Positions 34,701-46,908 of a stretch of DNA of 64,000 nucleotides are shown one piece after another. Positions within the stretch are counted from its first letter, which is position 1, and each line of letters opens with the position of its first letter. The stretch is from Sphaerodactylus townsendi. Taxonomy: Eukaryota. The notes under the pieces are model-generated. The model was not told the origin of the DNA. It was given only the letters and a program-made list of their open reading frames with translations, and did not search any database. The position numbers and the translations under genes were made by a program. The stretch is taken from contig NC_059430.1 in assembly GCF_021028975.2 (NCBI RefSeq), forward strand, positions 109,616,001-109,680,000, given 5' to 3'.

Positions 34701-35837
34701 TCAGACGCAGAGGTCCGGAGCGGCGCTCCTGCCGCCGGCTGAATCGTGGCGCGGCCTCCGCTGCTCTGTGAGGCGGGTCGATGGGCTTGACGGGCCGCCT
34801 CCCTTCAGGCCGGCGAGGGGCGCGTCAGAGGCGGCCGCCTCGGCTCCCTGCAGCGCCACCTCGTTGTTGTTGGAGCTGCTGCTGTTGTGAGGCCGCAGCC
34901 CCCTCGAGGGCGACCCAGGCCCGCCGCGCTCATGGCGGCCCTCCGCGTGACAAAGCGGCGCCGGCCCCGTTTGGTTTTCCAGGAGCCAGCTGGGAGTGGG
35001 AGGCGAGAGTCTCGGTGGTGCCCCCGCTGTGCCGGCGCGTCGCAGCATCTCGAGCCCGTTCCTCAGGGCGTCGCCGGCGTAGGCTTGGCCCACCTCGTCT
35101 CTCCTCCTGTAGATCCCCTTTCGCGCTCTTTTGAAAACCAAGTGCAGAAGCTCCAGGAGGTTGAGGCATAAAGAAACGACTGCTATGGACTGCATGAAGA
35201 CGAGGAAGACGGTCTTTTCCGTCGGCCTTGAGACGAAGCAGTCGACAGCGTTTGGGCAAGGAGCGCTTCGACATTTGTACAGAGGGTCCAGTTGGAAGCC
35301 ATACAAAATATACTGGCCAATCATAAAGCCAGTTTCCAGGGCAGATCTAATAAAAATGTGGATCACATAAGTGTAGAGCAGCGAGCCCCGGAGGGGGGCC
35401 TTGTTAAGCTTCCTTTGCTCCAGTTGTCGGATTTCCCGCTCAAGCTTTTTACGATCTTCGGTCATTTCAAATTCGGCTGCCTCCAGTACAGCTTTCATCT
35501 GCGCTTTTCTCTTCTGCCGTTCTTTTTCTAACGTTCTTAATCGGTACAAGGCATGACCCATGTAGGCCAAGGAAGGTGAGGAGACAAAGATGACTTGTAG
35601 AACCCAGTATCTTATGAGAGAGATGGGGAAGGCGTGGTCATAACACATATTCCTGCAGCCAGGTTGCTGCGTGTTGCAGATGAATTCGGACTGCTCATCG
35701 TTCCAGACATCTTCAGCTGCCACGCCAAGAACAAGCATCCGGAATATAAAGAGGATGGTTAGCCAGACTTTGCCAATGGTAGTGGAGTGCATGTGGACTT
35801 CTTCTAAAATTCCTCCCAGGAAACTCCAGTCTCCCAT
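34701..35837 (-). CDS. GJA9: Gap junction alpha-9 (connexin 59-like), 378 aa, single coding exon
   Basis: MGDWSFLGGILEEVH N-terminus; 4 TM segments; extracellular Cys motifs CNTQQPGCRNMC and CRSAPCPNAVDC; position between RHBDL2 and MYCBP as in human. Confidence 0.93.
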   Translation of the reverse strand: MGDWSFLGGILEEVHMHSTTIGKVWLTILFIFRMLVLGVAAEDVWNDEQSEFICNTQQPGCRNMCYDHAFPISLIRYWVLQVIFVSSPSLAYMGHALYRLRTLEKERQKRKAQMKAVLEAAEFEMTEDRKKLEREIRQLEQRKLNKAPLRGSLLYTYVIHIFIRSALETGFMIGQYILYGFQLDPLYKCRSAPCPNAVDCFVSRPTEKTVFLVFMQSIAVVSLCLNLLELLHLVFKRARKGIYRRRDEVGQAYAGDALRNGLEMLRRAGTAGAPPRLSPPTPSWLLENQTGPAPLCHAEGRHERGGPGSPSRGLRPHNSSSSNNNEVALQGAEAAASDAPLAGLKGGGPSSPSTRLTEQRRPRHDSAGGRSAAPDLCV

Positions 35838-37527
35838 GGCTACTTTGCCATTCTAGCCACATTGGGGTCAAGGAAGGGAATAAAAGAAATGGTTATGTGT
35901 GTAAATAAACTATCTGTGGCACAGGAAGAAGAACATTCAGAACAATGTGTCTATCTCAGAATAACTCTGCTGACTAGCAGCCTCATACAGTTGTTGCATT
36001 CAAACACAAAGTTAAGTTTTTAAAATATTGTCCCAACCTTTTAAAGCCTGTGGGCATATGGAAATCTGATGTGGCATGGTGGTCACAGCAAGAAAATCGC
36101 TGCCACAGGAAGTATAGCCAGCCGCAAACTGATTGCCAGAGCTTAACTTCAGTACCACAGTGTAAAAGCATGCAAAGCCTTTATTGGCATATTAAAAAAT
36201 TACTCACAGTCTAAAATATATAATTATATATAAAATCAGACTCGCACTGATGCTTAATGGTTGCATACCCGTATTTAGTTCCGAAGCATTAATTACATCA
36301 AAGATAAATTTGGCTACCATTTCACAGAAAGCTTCATTTGAATTGTTTAAAAGAAAGTAAAATTTTTGGTCATCCAATAACCCCTCACACTTTGACAACA
36401 CTTGATGCCAATATTTACTTCTTATAGAGGCCTTTTGGGAGCAATAAAAAAGAATGCACTAAAATTTCTATTTGGCCTCCTTCACATGAGCAAGTTCTCT
36501 CAACCATTGGTGTACAACAGTGTAGATCCTTGTGCTGTAGTGGCAGCTGCTGCCCGAGCAACATTTTAAAAAATCAGCACACTAATCAGAAGTCTTGCCA
36601 GGTGAAAGCACTACCTGGCCCCACCTACTTCATAAAAACACTTGGTGGGCAACCAAAAAGGTGTTGATGGGCACCATGTTGGGTGCTCCTGTGCTATGCC
36701 TTCTGCTCTTCAATCTCACTTCCCTCCTGTCGGGCCACATGTGCTGAAGTCACTGCTGAGGGGAGGAAGGACTTCTGTACAATGCTAATGGATGGGTGAG
36801 AGCTGAATCATGCATAGTACTTCTTCCTTAACTCCCTGCATAACTTTCTGCTGAAAATAAAAGTGCTCTCTCCAGCTGTACCAGAAGCTGAGATCAGCAG
36901 TATTGGGAGGAGAGAGATTTGTCCCACTTGAATGGTCCTTGTGAAAGCAGTGGTTTACTTTTCCCCATTTCTGTATGAACGGAAGTAAAGAGCTCCTCTG
37001 GGGCGGAGGGGGGGGGGGTACCACAAAGATGTACACCATCCCTTGACGTTGAGGCCAGCATTATATCCAGGGGGTCATGTTTTTGCCCCTTCTATGTTCC
37101 TGATCCAAATCACGTCTTAAGTACCAGCCAGTACTTCTGAATGAGTTTTGTGGGAGAAAGTAACCTGGCTGGAGCAAAGTTTACACCATCACTACACTAC
37201 TTACCAACTATCCCCATATTATCATCATCTTGAAAGTTTGAGGGAAGAGAGTGAGTCTGGCTGCTTACATAGTGAATGTGTGGTGGATGTGTAATTTGAA
37301 CCAGGAGCCCTCTAGTTCACAGTTAATCTCTTGTTACATTGGCTGCTTCCTGAGTCTCCGCAGGATAAAGTAAAAATATTTTTGTTTAAAAAAAACCTAG
37401 CCGTTTCCTGTAGCTGGCCTTTTATTTAATAACATCCAGAATCTGGAGCAAAAAGCATATCTGCATATGAGAAGACTGTAGCAGGTCTATAAGAGTAGCC
37501 CTGCTGGACCAGATTAATGGCCTATCT

Positions 37528-37822
37528 AGAAGAAGAGTTTGGATTTATACCCCACCTTTCTCTCCTGTAAGGCGACTCATGGTGGTTTACAAGCTCCTTT
37601 CCCTCCCTCACCCCATAACAGACACCTTGTGAAGTAGGTGGGGCCAAGAGAGTTCCAAAGAACTGTGACTAGCCCAAGGTCACCCAGCAGGAATGTAGGA
37701 GTGTTGGAAATGAATCTGGTTCACCAGATAAGCCTCTGGCACTCAGGTGGAGGAGTGGGGAATTAAACCCAGTTCTCCAGATTAAAATCCACCTGCTCTT
37801 AACCACTACACCACCCTGGCTC
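37528..37822 (-). mobile_element. tRNA-derived SINE (Squam3-like)
   Basis: Same family as 6732-7011. Confidence 0.7.
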
Positions 37823-38189
37823 ACCATGCTATCTAGTCCAACATCCGCCTTCCAGAAATGGTCAACAAGTCAGATAGCCCAGAGAAGCCTGTAGGGCAGG
37901 GACTGCCAAAAGGCCTCCCCTGCTGACTTTTCTCCAGTGTGTGATAATTTTCTCTCAACCTAACTGTCTTAGCTAATACCCAGTAACAGACCAATCCTCC
38001 ATCAGTCTGGCCAACCCTTTTTAAAGTCCATTTAGACCAGCAACCATTACCATGTCTCATGGCAGTGAGTTCTTCAGGACAAATACCCATGGCATAAAGC
38101 AATAATTTCTGTGTCTTGAATCTGCTGCCAGTCAGTTTCCCAGGTTGAGTCCAAATAGTAGAGTTTTACAAAATTATGCCTCATAGCAA

Positions 38190-38445
38190 CCTAACCACCC
38201 AGCCTAGCCCGATCTCATCAAAGTTATGTTGTAACCCACTCAGAGCCCTGCGGAGATAGGGCAGGATATAAATCAAAGTTTGGAAGCCAAGCAGGTTTGG
38301 CCATAGGTAGTACATTTTGATAAGAGACCACCAAGGAAGCCCAGGGTTGCTGTGCAGAGAAAGGCAATGGCAAACCACCTCTGTTCGTCTCTTGCCTTGA
38401 AAGCCACATGGTCCTGAGGTCACCATGATTCAACTGCAACTTGAC
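38190..38445 (+). mobile_element. 5S rRNA-derived SINE, interrupted
   Basis: gcccgatctcatca...ggaagccaagcagg...gagaccaccaaggaa plus ggcaatggcaaaccacctctg tail. Confidence 0.6.
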
Positions 38446-39775
38446 ACAAAAATATTATTTATGCAAGGTATAAGAAAGTAGATAAGCGTTGCTCCTTTTT
38501 ACATACAGTCTCTCCCAGTCACCTTTTTCTGTACTCAAAAGTCTGGCATGCTTTGGCCTTGCCTCACAAGAACAGGCAATCTAACCCCAGCACCAATTTG
38601 GCTGTCCTCTATTGCTAAGGCATTGGACAGTATGGAATTCCATGAGTATAAGTAATTTGCAGAGAGAACTCAGTTACTACACTGATTCCACTGAGTCGCT
38701 TCTCACAAAGAAAGAAAACTTTGATTACAAAAACGGAAATTTCTGTTAGGCTATACCTTTATTTTGTAAGTAAGACGCTGAAGGATTCAATGTAACCAAT
38801 AACTTCACGTTACCTTCTTGGGTTGAAAACTTAGATCCTATAAAGAGCCCGGCATTTGGGATCCCTTGCAGCTGGCTCTTCTGCGCCTATCCAAGCAGGG
38901 CTTGCACGGAACAGCAAGAGAACTGAACATCCGCTCACACGGCTGGAAGTTCAATGGAAGCAAAGCATGCAACAATCAATATGCCATTCTATTTGTAGCT
39001 GCAGCTTGTTTTCAGAATTTCATCATGAGCCAAACCACAAGAATAACAAAACTGAAGAGGCCAGCCAGCACTTCTGTACTTACTCAGCTTGTAAAATCCT
39101 TATTGTAAAATCTTCCAGCCTTTACTTCAGTTCATTGTTTCCATGCAAATGTTGTTGACATTTCTCCAAATGTTCAGTTGGGGTCAGAAGTGTCCAGATT
39201 TGGATCAGTTATCTAAAACAGTGATTCTGTTTCTCAAACCTTGCTTCGGACGAGGAGGCATCAAATTGCGCTTCTCGCAAGCCATCCCAGAAGAAGCCTC
39301 CTCACTCGTGTCATTTGTCCTTGTTCCTACTCCAGAGATAAATGTGATAAAATCCCCCTTTGTAGCCTCATAGCATTGTTTGTAATACGACGGAGAGACT
39401 TGAGAAAGGACTATACCTAGAGCCAAAAGCCACTGAAGAGGGGACAGAGTTATTGCAAACAGAAGTCAGAAGGCCTGGCCAGTCCTATCTATGACTGCAA
39501 ACAGCTCTCCAGGGTCTCAGGCAGGTCTGTCACATGACCTACCTGGTCTTTTCAATTGGAGATGGTGGGGGTTGAACTTGGGACCATCTGCTGTGGCTCT
39601 ACCACTGAGCCACTGCCTCTCCCCCAAATACATTATTCGTGAAAACACAGATTTCCTCCCACTGCCTGTGTCGGCACCATTTAGTGAACTATGTTAATTT
39701 ATAATGTGTCAAGAGGTTGAACTTTCCAGCTGCTGTACAGTTCCAACATGGACAGGTACTTTTTGTTGGCTTTTA

Positions 39776-40066
39776 AGAAGAGGAAGAGTATGGATGTATA
39801 CCCCTCCCCCTTCTCTCCAGCGAGGAGGCTCAAAGCGGTTTACAAATTCCTTTCCTTTCCTCTCCCCACAACAGATACATTAGGAGGCAGGCTGGGCTGA
39901 GAGAGTTCCAAAGAACTGTGACTAGTCCAGAGTCACCCAGCTGGAAGGTAGAAGTGGGGAAACAAATCTAGTTCACCAGATAAAAGTCTTCTGCTCAGGT
40001 GGAGCAGTAGGGAATCAAACCCTGGTTCTCCAGATTAGAGTCCACCTGCTGTTAAACACTACACCA
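39776..40066 (-). mobile_element. tRNA-derived SINE (Squam3-like)
   Basis: Same family as 6732-7011. Confidence 0.7.
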
Positions 40067-41778
40067 AGGTGTGGCAGAGAAGCAAGGCTAGCATTTTTAC
40101 AAGCCTTTTATTTTTCAAGTCATCCCCAGCTCATCTTCTGGGGGGCTGTAATTCACTGGATAGGTAAGTAGCGGTGGGCCCTTCTCCACATTGTATGTTG
40201 ATGAGACAAAACACTCCAGAAAAGAGACTTGCAGGAGCATCACGTAAAAGGCAAGAATGTGTTTGTGCAGGCTTTGAGGAAGTGTGGAGAAAAGCCAAAA
40301 CGAGAAGAACAGTCTGCTTCCCTTTAGCTGTCTACAGATCATGTATACTGTGGTCAGTGAACTGCGCTTTACAGTCCCGAGAAGTCTGGAAGAGGAACTA
40401 TTACTAAAAGGATTGCCAGTTAGGGTGTGGTTGTTTTTAAAAACCCTGGGAAATCTCAGGTGAGATGGGCATAGTTGTGATATGTAAAGGTAATTTTAGT
40501 CTTACCGATGACGAGCAAACTGCAGCCTGAAGCACCATGATTGGGGCATTTTTGTCCCGTTCCCCCCCTCCCCCAGTGTGAACTGTATCAAGTTCACCAA
40601 TGTGAACTGTATAAAGTTCACTCTAATGTGAACTGTATAAAGAAATGTATCTTGTACAAGCAAGCATCAGGATTCTGAAATTTCCCAACCACTGGTCAAT
40701 AGCCCATGCTCTGACAGTGAGTTGCAAATCAATCGGTCATGTCCCATTTCATAGCTAAATGAAACCTGAGGCCAGTGTAATTAAGCCAGCTGTAGGAACA
40801 GCAGTGCCCGCTTTCTCATAAGCACGTCAGCAAATGATCTGTCCATTTCAGGGGATGTTACAACTGCCTGAAAGCACTCAATGGCCAGTTAAAGTGTCTC
40901 TCTTCTCTCGCCCCACCCCATTAGTATTTAAAGGAGCTGGATATAGTTTATCAATACCCTTTGCCAAAGCATTTTATTGTATCTTGATATCATTGCAGGA
41001 GCCTCACAGTGCATATCAGAAACTTTCCATTTTTAAAAAAGGATTTACAAATCCTTTGGTGATAATCCTTGTTATATGGTCAGGCTGAGACAGTGGACAT
41101 CAGGACAGAGAACTAGGTTTGCTTTTTGGATACCTACAGGACCACTACTCCATAGCTTCACTATTTGATCACTTCTGGTTCCCGCAGCCACGCAAACCTA
41201 ACAGCACTATGGGAAAAGGAATATAGTACTGATAAGATTAGGAAGGCTTAGGTTTAGCATTATGTATGTTGCAAATTGTGCTTTGACTTATTTATATTCT
41301 TTCCAGTATTGAGCTGGAGGTTGAGAGGAATTATTGAATATTCTGAATTGTTAAAGTTGGCTGTTACTCATTTCGTTTTACATTTGTAGTGTCCTGAACA
41401 GTTCTTCTCCTGAGATGAATGGTTTCAGTCGTAAGTTACCACAAAAGGTGTGGGGGACTAAATGTTTGAGGATCCAGAGTGATTATGATGGCAAGACAGT
41501 TTTGAGGAAAGCAGGAAAACAGAGCGCACCTCAGGTTTAAGAGATCCGAGAAGTGCTATGTGGGAGTTAAGAGATCTGAAATGATACAAAGAACAGGCAT
41601 ATGAAAATAATGAAGAGAGAAGAATGACGTTTAGTCACAAAACCTGAGCTTCCAGAATTCAGTGAAATACCAGTTAACTACTACCGTCGGTTGATGCAGA
41701 GAAGACGCAGAGTCTTTTCTCTCTCTTCCCCTCTCTCTACCAGAATCTTCTCCATAAGAAAAGTGCATATAAACTATA

Positions 41779-42056
41779 GGTAAAGTTTCCCCTTCAGTCG
41801 TGTCTGACCCTGGGGTACCACTGCAAGCAGTGATTTCACAGGCAAGCCGTTTTTGTGGGGTAGTTAGCCATTGCTTTCCCCGGCTATTCTTTACCCCCTA
41901 GCTATGTGCTAGGTACTCATTTACTGACCAAGAAATGGATGGATGGCTGAGTTGACCATAAGCCAGCTGCCAGGATATCTGACCCACAGGGGACTCGAAT
42001 TCCTGACCGTGTGAATGGCAGTGCAAGCACTTAACCACTACGCCACGCGGCTCCTT
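41779..42056 (-). mobile_element. Sauria-type SINE
   Basis: tRNA-like head ggagccgcgtggcgtagtggttaa; actttacc tail; perfect 12-bp TSD ATATAAACTATA (41767-41778, 42057-42068). Confidence 0.8.
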
Positions 42057-42839
42057 ATATAAACTATACTGTTTCACATAAAGATGGAAGTTGGATTGCA
42101 TATTCCTACACCACAGAACTCAACATGCCGAACCTTCTTTGTTGTAGAATGCTTTGCCTGGATCCTAATGCCTACCTAGCCCTGTTTCTTCCCCCACCCC
42201 CGCCCAAATCCCTTTGAAAGTTTAAAAGTAAAAATACATTTTGGCATAAATGGTCTTGTATCAAAATGCCATGTTCAATAATGCAGAAAGTTCATTCAGG
42301 ACTATATTCTAATGTGGAAGCATACCATTTTCTTAACCACTGCCCCTCAACTGACTCAACTGACATCTTTATGTAAAAAAAAAGAGTAAAGTCCATCTTC
42401 CTGCTGAACGTAATCAAGATGTCTACAGTAAGAGTTGCCTCACCAAATGATTCAACAGCCTCAATTCTGCAGGCCCTTCTTTGCTTCCCTGCTTGGGTTT
42501 GGGAAACAGTGGAGTAGGGTACGGTTGGACCAATGGCTGGCCCAGCTACGTCTGAAGCAAGGTTGTAGTCTACTGCTGGACGTCAGAGCCTCACCTCTGC
42601 AGCACCAATGAATTATTGAACCAAACAATAAAGGATACAAATAATTCCTCAAACCAACAGCAGTGAGAAATCGTTGCTGTTTAATATGGAAAAAGTACAA
42701 AAGGTATGTTTCTGAGAAATGCCATCGGTTAAAAAATAATATTTAAAAACTAAAACATCAAATTACAAATATGCAATACATTTTAAAATACTGTATTATC
42801 ATCAGACTGTCTGTGTATTGTTCTGTTAGGTGATGAAGT

Positions 42840-43022
42840 CTACTTGTTTGCGGGTGAGAAAAACACGTTGAAAAATACTGCAAACCCCAGAAAAACCAAG
42901 TAACCAACGATGCATACCCAGAATCTTGGATCTTTAAAAAAATTCTGATCAAAAGAACTGAATATGACATAACCTACGGACATGCCAGCAAGGCCGCCTG
43001 CAATGTGAGCCACAAAGGAAAC
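42840..43022 (-). CDS. RHBDL2: Rhomboid-like protease 2, last coding exon
   Basis: VSFVAHIAGGLAGMSVGY...KDPRFW...FFSPANK*; contains the catalytic His (AHxxG). Confidence 0.95.
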   Translation of the reverse strand, partial: VSFVAHIAGGLAGMSVGYVIFSSFDQNFFKDPRFWVCIVGYLVFLGFAVFFNVFFSPANK

Positions 43023-43425
43023 CTTAAGAGAGAGAAAAAGAACAGGACAATTCAGAAAGAATAAGAAATGTATCTCAAAGTCATTTTACAAGCACGGCTA
43101 CTGCAATGTCACTGAATCCTCCTAACAGAATACATGCCTTAAAAGTTTGAGAACAATTCCCAGGGGCTGGGCTCCTTTTCAACCAGAACTGCCATGGACT
43201 GGAATCCATGCAACCGCGAATGTGCAAAGGAAGGAAGAGGAAGCTCCCAGGAAGAGGAGCTCCTGAGAAAAAGTGATCTGAGCTTATGAAAGATCAGGAA
43301 GTCAAGCAAAAGCGTGTCCCCTCCTCCTTCTCTTCCAATTCCCCCTCTCCCAAGTCAGTAGATGCCATCAGCCATCAGGACAGCATCCAGGATCTTCAGC
43401 ATGATAATTTCTTCAACCTGACAAT

Positions 43426-43927
43426 CAGGGACGTAGCTATAGATTTGTTATGGGGTGCGTTTGAGGGCGTGGTCACACCTCCCCAAGCTCTGCCCCCCGG
43501 CCTCAGTGCTTATAAAAGCAGCTCTTCGAGGCCGGGGACAGCAGTCTCCCCTGCTCCACCCCCTTCCTCCCCCGCCCCCATCCACCGGCTGGGCTTGCAG
43601 CCGGCAGCCCCTTCTTCCCTCCCCTCTGGGGAGAAGAGACTGCCGTCCCCAGCCTCGGAGAGCTGCTTTTATAAGCACTGAGACCAGGGGCGGGGCTTGG
43701 GAGGCATGGCCACACCTCTCAAGCCCTGCCCCCCAGCCTCAGTGCTTATAAAAGCAGCTCGCCAGGGACGGCAGCCTCTTCTCCTTGGAAAGTAGGGAAG
43801 AAGGGACTGCTGGCTTGGAGCCAAGCCAGTGGGGGTGAGGGAGGGGGGATGAGCAGGGGGGTGGAACTTTGGACAGGTAATGGGGGATTTGAACCCGTGA
43901 AACCCCACCCCCTTACCTATGTCCTTG
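43426..43927. mobile_element. GC-rich non-autonomous hAT-like element with internal inverted and direct repeats
   Basis: Perfect 8-bp TSD CTGACAAT (43418-43425, 43928-43935); internal ctcagtgcttataaaagcagctc in both orientations. Confidence 0.8.
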
Positions 43928-44429
43928 CTGACAATCTAAACTCTGTTGTTTGCCTCCTCTAATATATGGCCAATTTGTACAAATCAAGGACCTCTTATTC
44001 TGCATGTTTCAACTCGTGGCAGCAAATAAATGCACAGAGTAGGTAAAGTCATCCTTCTCATTTGTAACCAAAAAGCAGATGCTTGGAAAACCCATTTGTA
44101 CATCTTATTTTTCCCCTACAGCTTGAACACTGAGAAACTGCCCTTTGGTTCTCTGTGCAGATTTCACACATTTCTAAGCACCAAACTGACCTCTCACTCC
44201 AACTTAAAGTGCCAAAGAAGAAAAGCATGCTGTAGGAAAGAAAACTGCAGGATGCATAGAAATAATCCCAAGCATGAGAGAACATGCAGCACTTCAGTAT
44301 CACAGCGATGAGGATACTGCAACAGTCTGGGTGAAAGGAAAACAGAATGACAGATTATTTATCCGCACCAAGTGAAGAATGATCCAAGAGAATAAAGCTG
44401 AAATTCTGTTGAAGGAAATAGGTACTTAC

Positions 44430-44491
44430 TAAAGGTTCATTTGTGGGAGAAGAAAATCTTCTGTACACAGCAAATCCCATGTCTGTCCCAA
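44430..44491 (-). CDS. RHBDL2: RHBDL2 coding exon 6
   Basis: (V)GTDMGFAVYRRFSSPTNEPL; 62 nt; AG/GT. Confidence 0.92.
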
Positions 44492-46161
44492 CTAGGAAAT
44501 CAATACAGATTGTTAGAAGCCAATTGTTCAGTCCCCAAACATTTCAAATCCCACCACAGGGTGCTACCAGTTAGCAGGGCTGGAACTCCAAGTGAGGTGC
44601 AGAAAGTTATTTTGAGATAATGCAAGAAGGGAAAGAAGGCAGCAGAGGAACACCTCTTCAAAATGGAACTAGAGTCTTAAATCTTCAAATGCTGCATGTA
44701 AAATGAGCTGTAGAACTATGAGTTAAGACAGGGCTACTTTTTTTTTTTTAGGGGAGGGGGTGAAATGAAAAAATGCACTTCCTCCAGAAGACTCATTATT
44801 ATTGTGAAAGGCAGGAAGCCCAATCCACAAACCCCTGATAGCCAGAGGGCTTTCAGGCAGTGCAGGGAGGTAGAAAACTTCCCCAAACCTCAAAGGGCTT
44901 TAGGAGTTACACCACCCAAAAGTCCAAGGCCCTGGCTGACTTTGGCACTCCAGGCATGAAAGACCACTACAGTCAGCTCCAACCCCCGGGGCATGCCCTG
45001 GCCTGCACGCGTGCACACACACACACGGTGCTGGCATCTGCTTGGATGCCAGCATAGCTCCACAGTGGCATCAACTTCAGAATTTCAACACCATGGAGCT
45101 GTGTGGTGGCTGGACAGGGGCATGTTTGCCCTTACGCAGGCAAAGAGGGCTCCACACTGTCTCCATCCACCCATTTACCCCACTCTCAAAGAATTGGGCT
45201 GATCTTTTCACAAAAACAGAGTCCGTGTTCTATTACACTTGGGGGGGGGGGGGGAGAGAACATGTGCCATCTTCACTAGATGAGGCTAAAGATCCCAAAT
45301 TTCCAGAAATTTTAAAGCCATGGAGAAATAACATTTTTCCTCAGAAGAAAACTGAAATTAGGCAAATCTAAGCCTAGTAACAACATAAGACACCTAATTT
45401 ATATATCAACTAGTACATAACATTGATTAAATTGGCATATTTGTGGGATTTAACAATGTTAATGCCTTAGAAAGCAATTCTATGCAGGTCTACTCAGAAT
45501 CCTACATAGGTCAGTAGAGCTTACTCCCAAGAAAGTGTTCTTGGGAAGGCAAATTTCCTGCATGCAAGCTTGCAAATATTGAAGCAAGACAATACCCAGT
45601 TTTTTCCAATTGAAAATTTGAATGTTATATAATTGGAGTAAAATCCAGTCTTAAAAACTTTCAATGCCCCCACCCTCCTTTTCCCATTTTGCCAACTGAT
45701 GACATTGGCAGGGGGGCAGAATCTACACATTTTGAGTAAATAAGATCTTGTCTGGAAAAGCATTTAACTCATTCCAAGAGACAGAAGAAATATTTCACAG
45801 GACTATAGCACACCTCAAAGTTTTCCACTTTTCCTATTAGATTTTTTTAAGTTCACAAAAAATATAAAACATTTCTCCCAAAATTTTACACCGTAGGCCT
45901 TTACATCTTGAGATAAGACTGAAGAACATTAATATGATGCTTGTGAGACTCCACATGGTTGTGGGTCAGAATGTGGCCCTATTGTTCTGCTTCTATGTAG
46001 AAGTTTCTCCCAAGAGTCAAATAAATAGTTTTCCTATGGCTAATTTAACACATGCATACAGGAGACTTGTCAGTTTTTCTGAGAATGGCACAGCGAAGGA
46101 ACAAAAGCAAGCATTTCCTCCAAATTCAATAAGGGGGCTGTATATAATATGAGAAGCTTAC

Positions 46162-46222
46162 CTATTAGGAAGATGAAGAGTAACCTGGCAATTCCAAACA
46201 GTGGGATCATTTCCCGGAAGTT
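46162..46222 (-). CDS. RHBDL2: RHBDL2 coding exon 5
   Basis: NFREMIPLFGIARLLFIFLI; 61 nt. Confidence 0.95.
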
Positions 46223-46848
46223 CTGTAAAGAACAGAGGCATAAAGGAACTCTCAAATAATTTCACATCTAGAAACTTTCTCAGGCCTGCTCCAGATGCTG
46301 CCACCATCCAAGTGCATCTTATGTAAACAGAGGAAATAAATCTTTGAAATGTGATCTTGCAGGCCAATATTTGACGGGGTGGGGGGTGGTTGGAGGGGAG
46401 GATTGCCAAATTCACCACATTATTTTCATATAGTAAAGTGAGCCAATATAGAATTTTGAATCCAGGATCTCTTCTACTCTGGTTTGTGACAATTTTCACA
46501 ACACCCACTTTGCAAATAAATCACCAGAAGAGAAAATCAGAACTCCTCCAAATTTCTGTGGGACATAGCCCTTTTGGAAACCTGAATATTTATTTACTTA
46601 CTTATTTATTTTATATCCCACCCTTTCCCCGTAGGATATTTAATTTATGTCCTGCCCTGACTATTCCACTTTTATCAGAGCTTGGAAATGAAGCAGCATC
46701 AGCTACGTTTAGTACTTGGATGGGAAGCCACGAAGAACAACTGAACAACTGAAGTAGGAATGCTGTGCAGAGGAAGCCAATGGCAAACCACCTGTGTTCA
46801 TCTCTTGACTTGAAATCACCATGAGTCTATTGCAACTTAACAGCACAC

Positions 46849-46907
<59 letters not shown>
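46849..46907. repeat. (ATT)n microsatellite
   Basis: About 19 perfect units, about 16 nt from an RHBDL2 donor site. Confidence 0.95.

Positions 46908-46908
<1 letters not shown>

Larger units (their letters stand above)
33860..35260. promoter_or_regulatory. CpG island covering the MYCBP promoter, exons 1-4 and the 3' part of the GJA9 CDS
   Basis: Very high GC and CpG density; GC boxes and CCGGAA motifs 34530-34670. Confidence 0.85.

Noticed and set aside
33842-34890. ORF-track proteins of 127-216 aa around MYCBP
   Set aside because: Intron read-through and antisense frames in GC-rich DNA; the spliced MYCBP model explains the real coding parts
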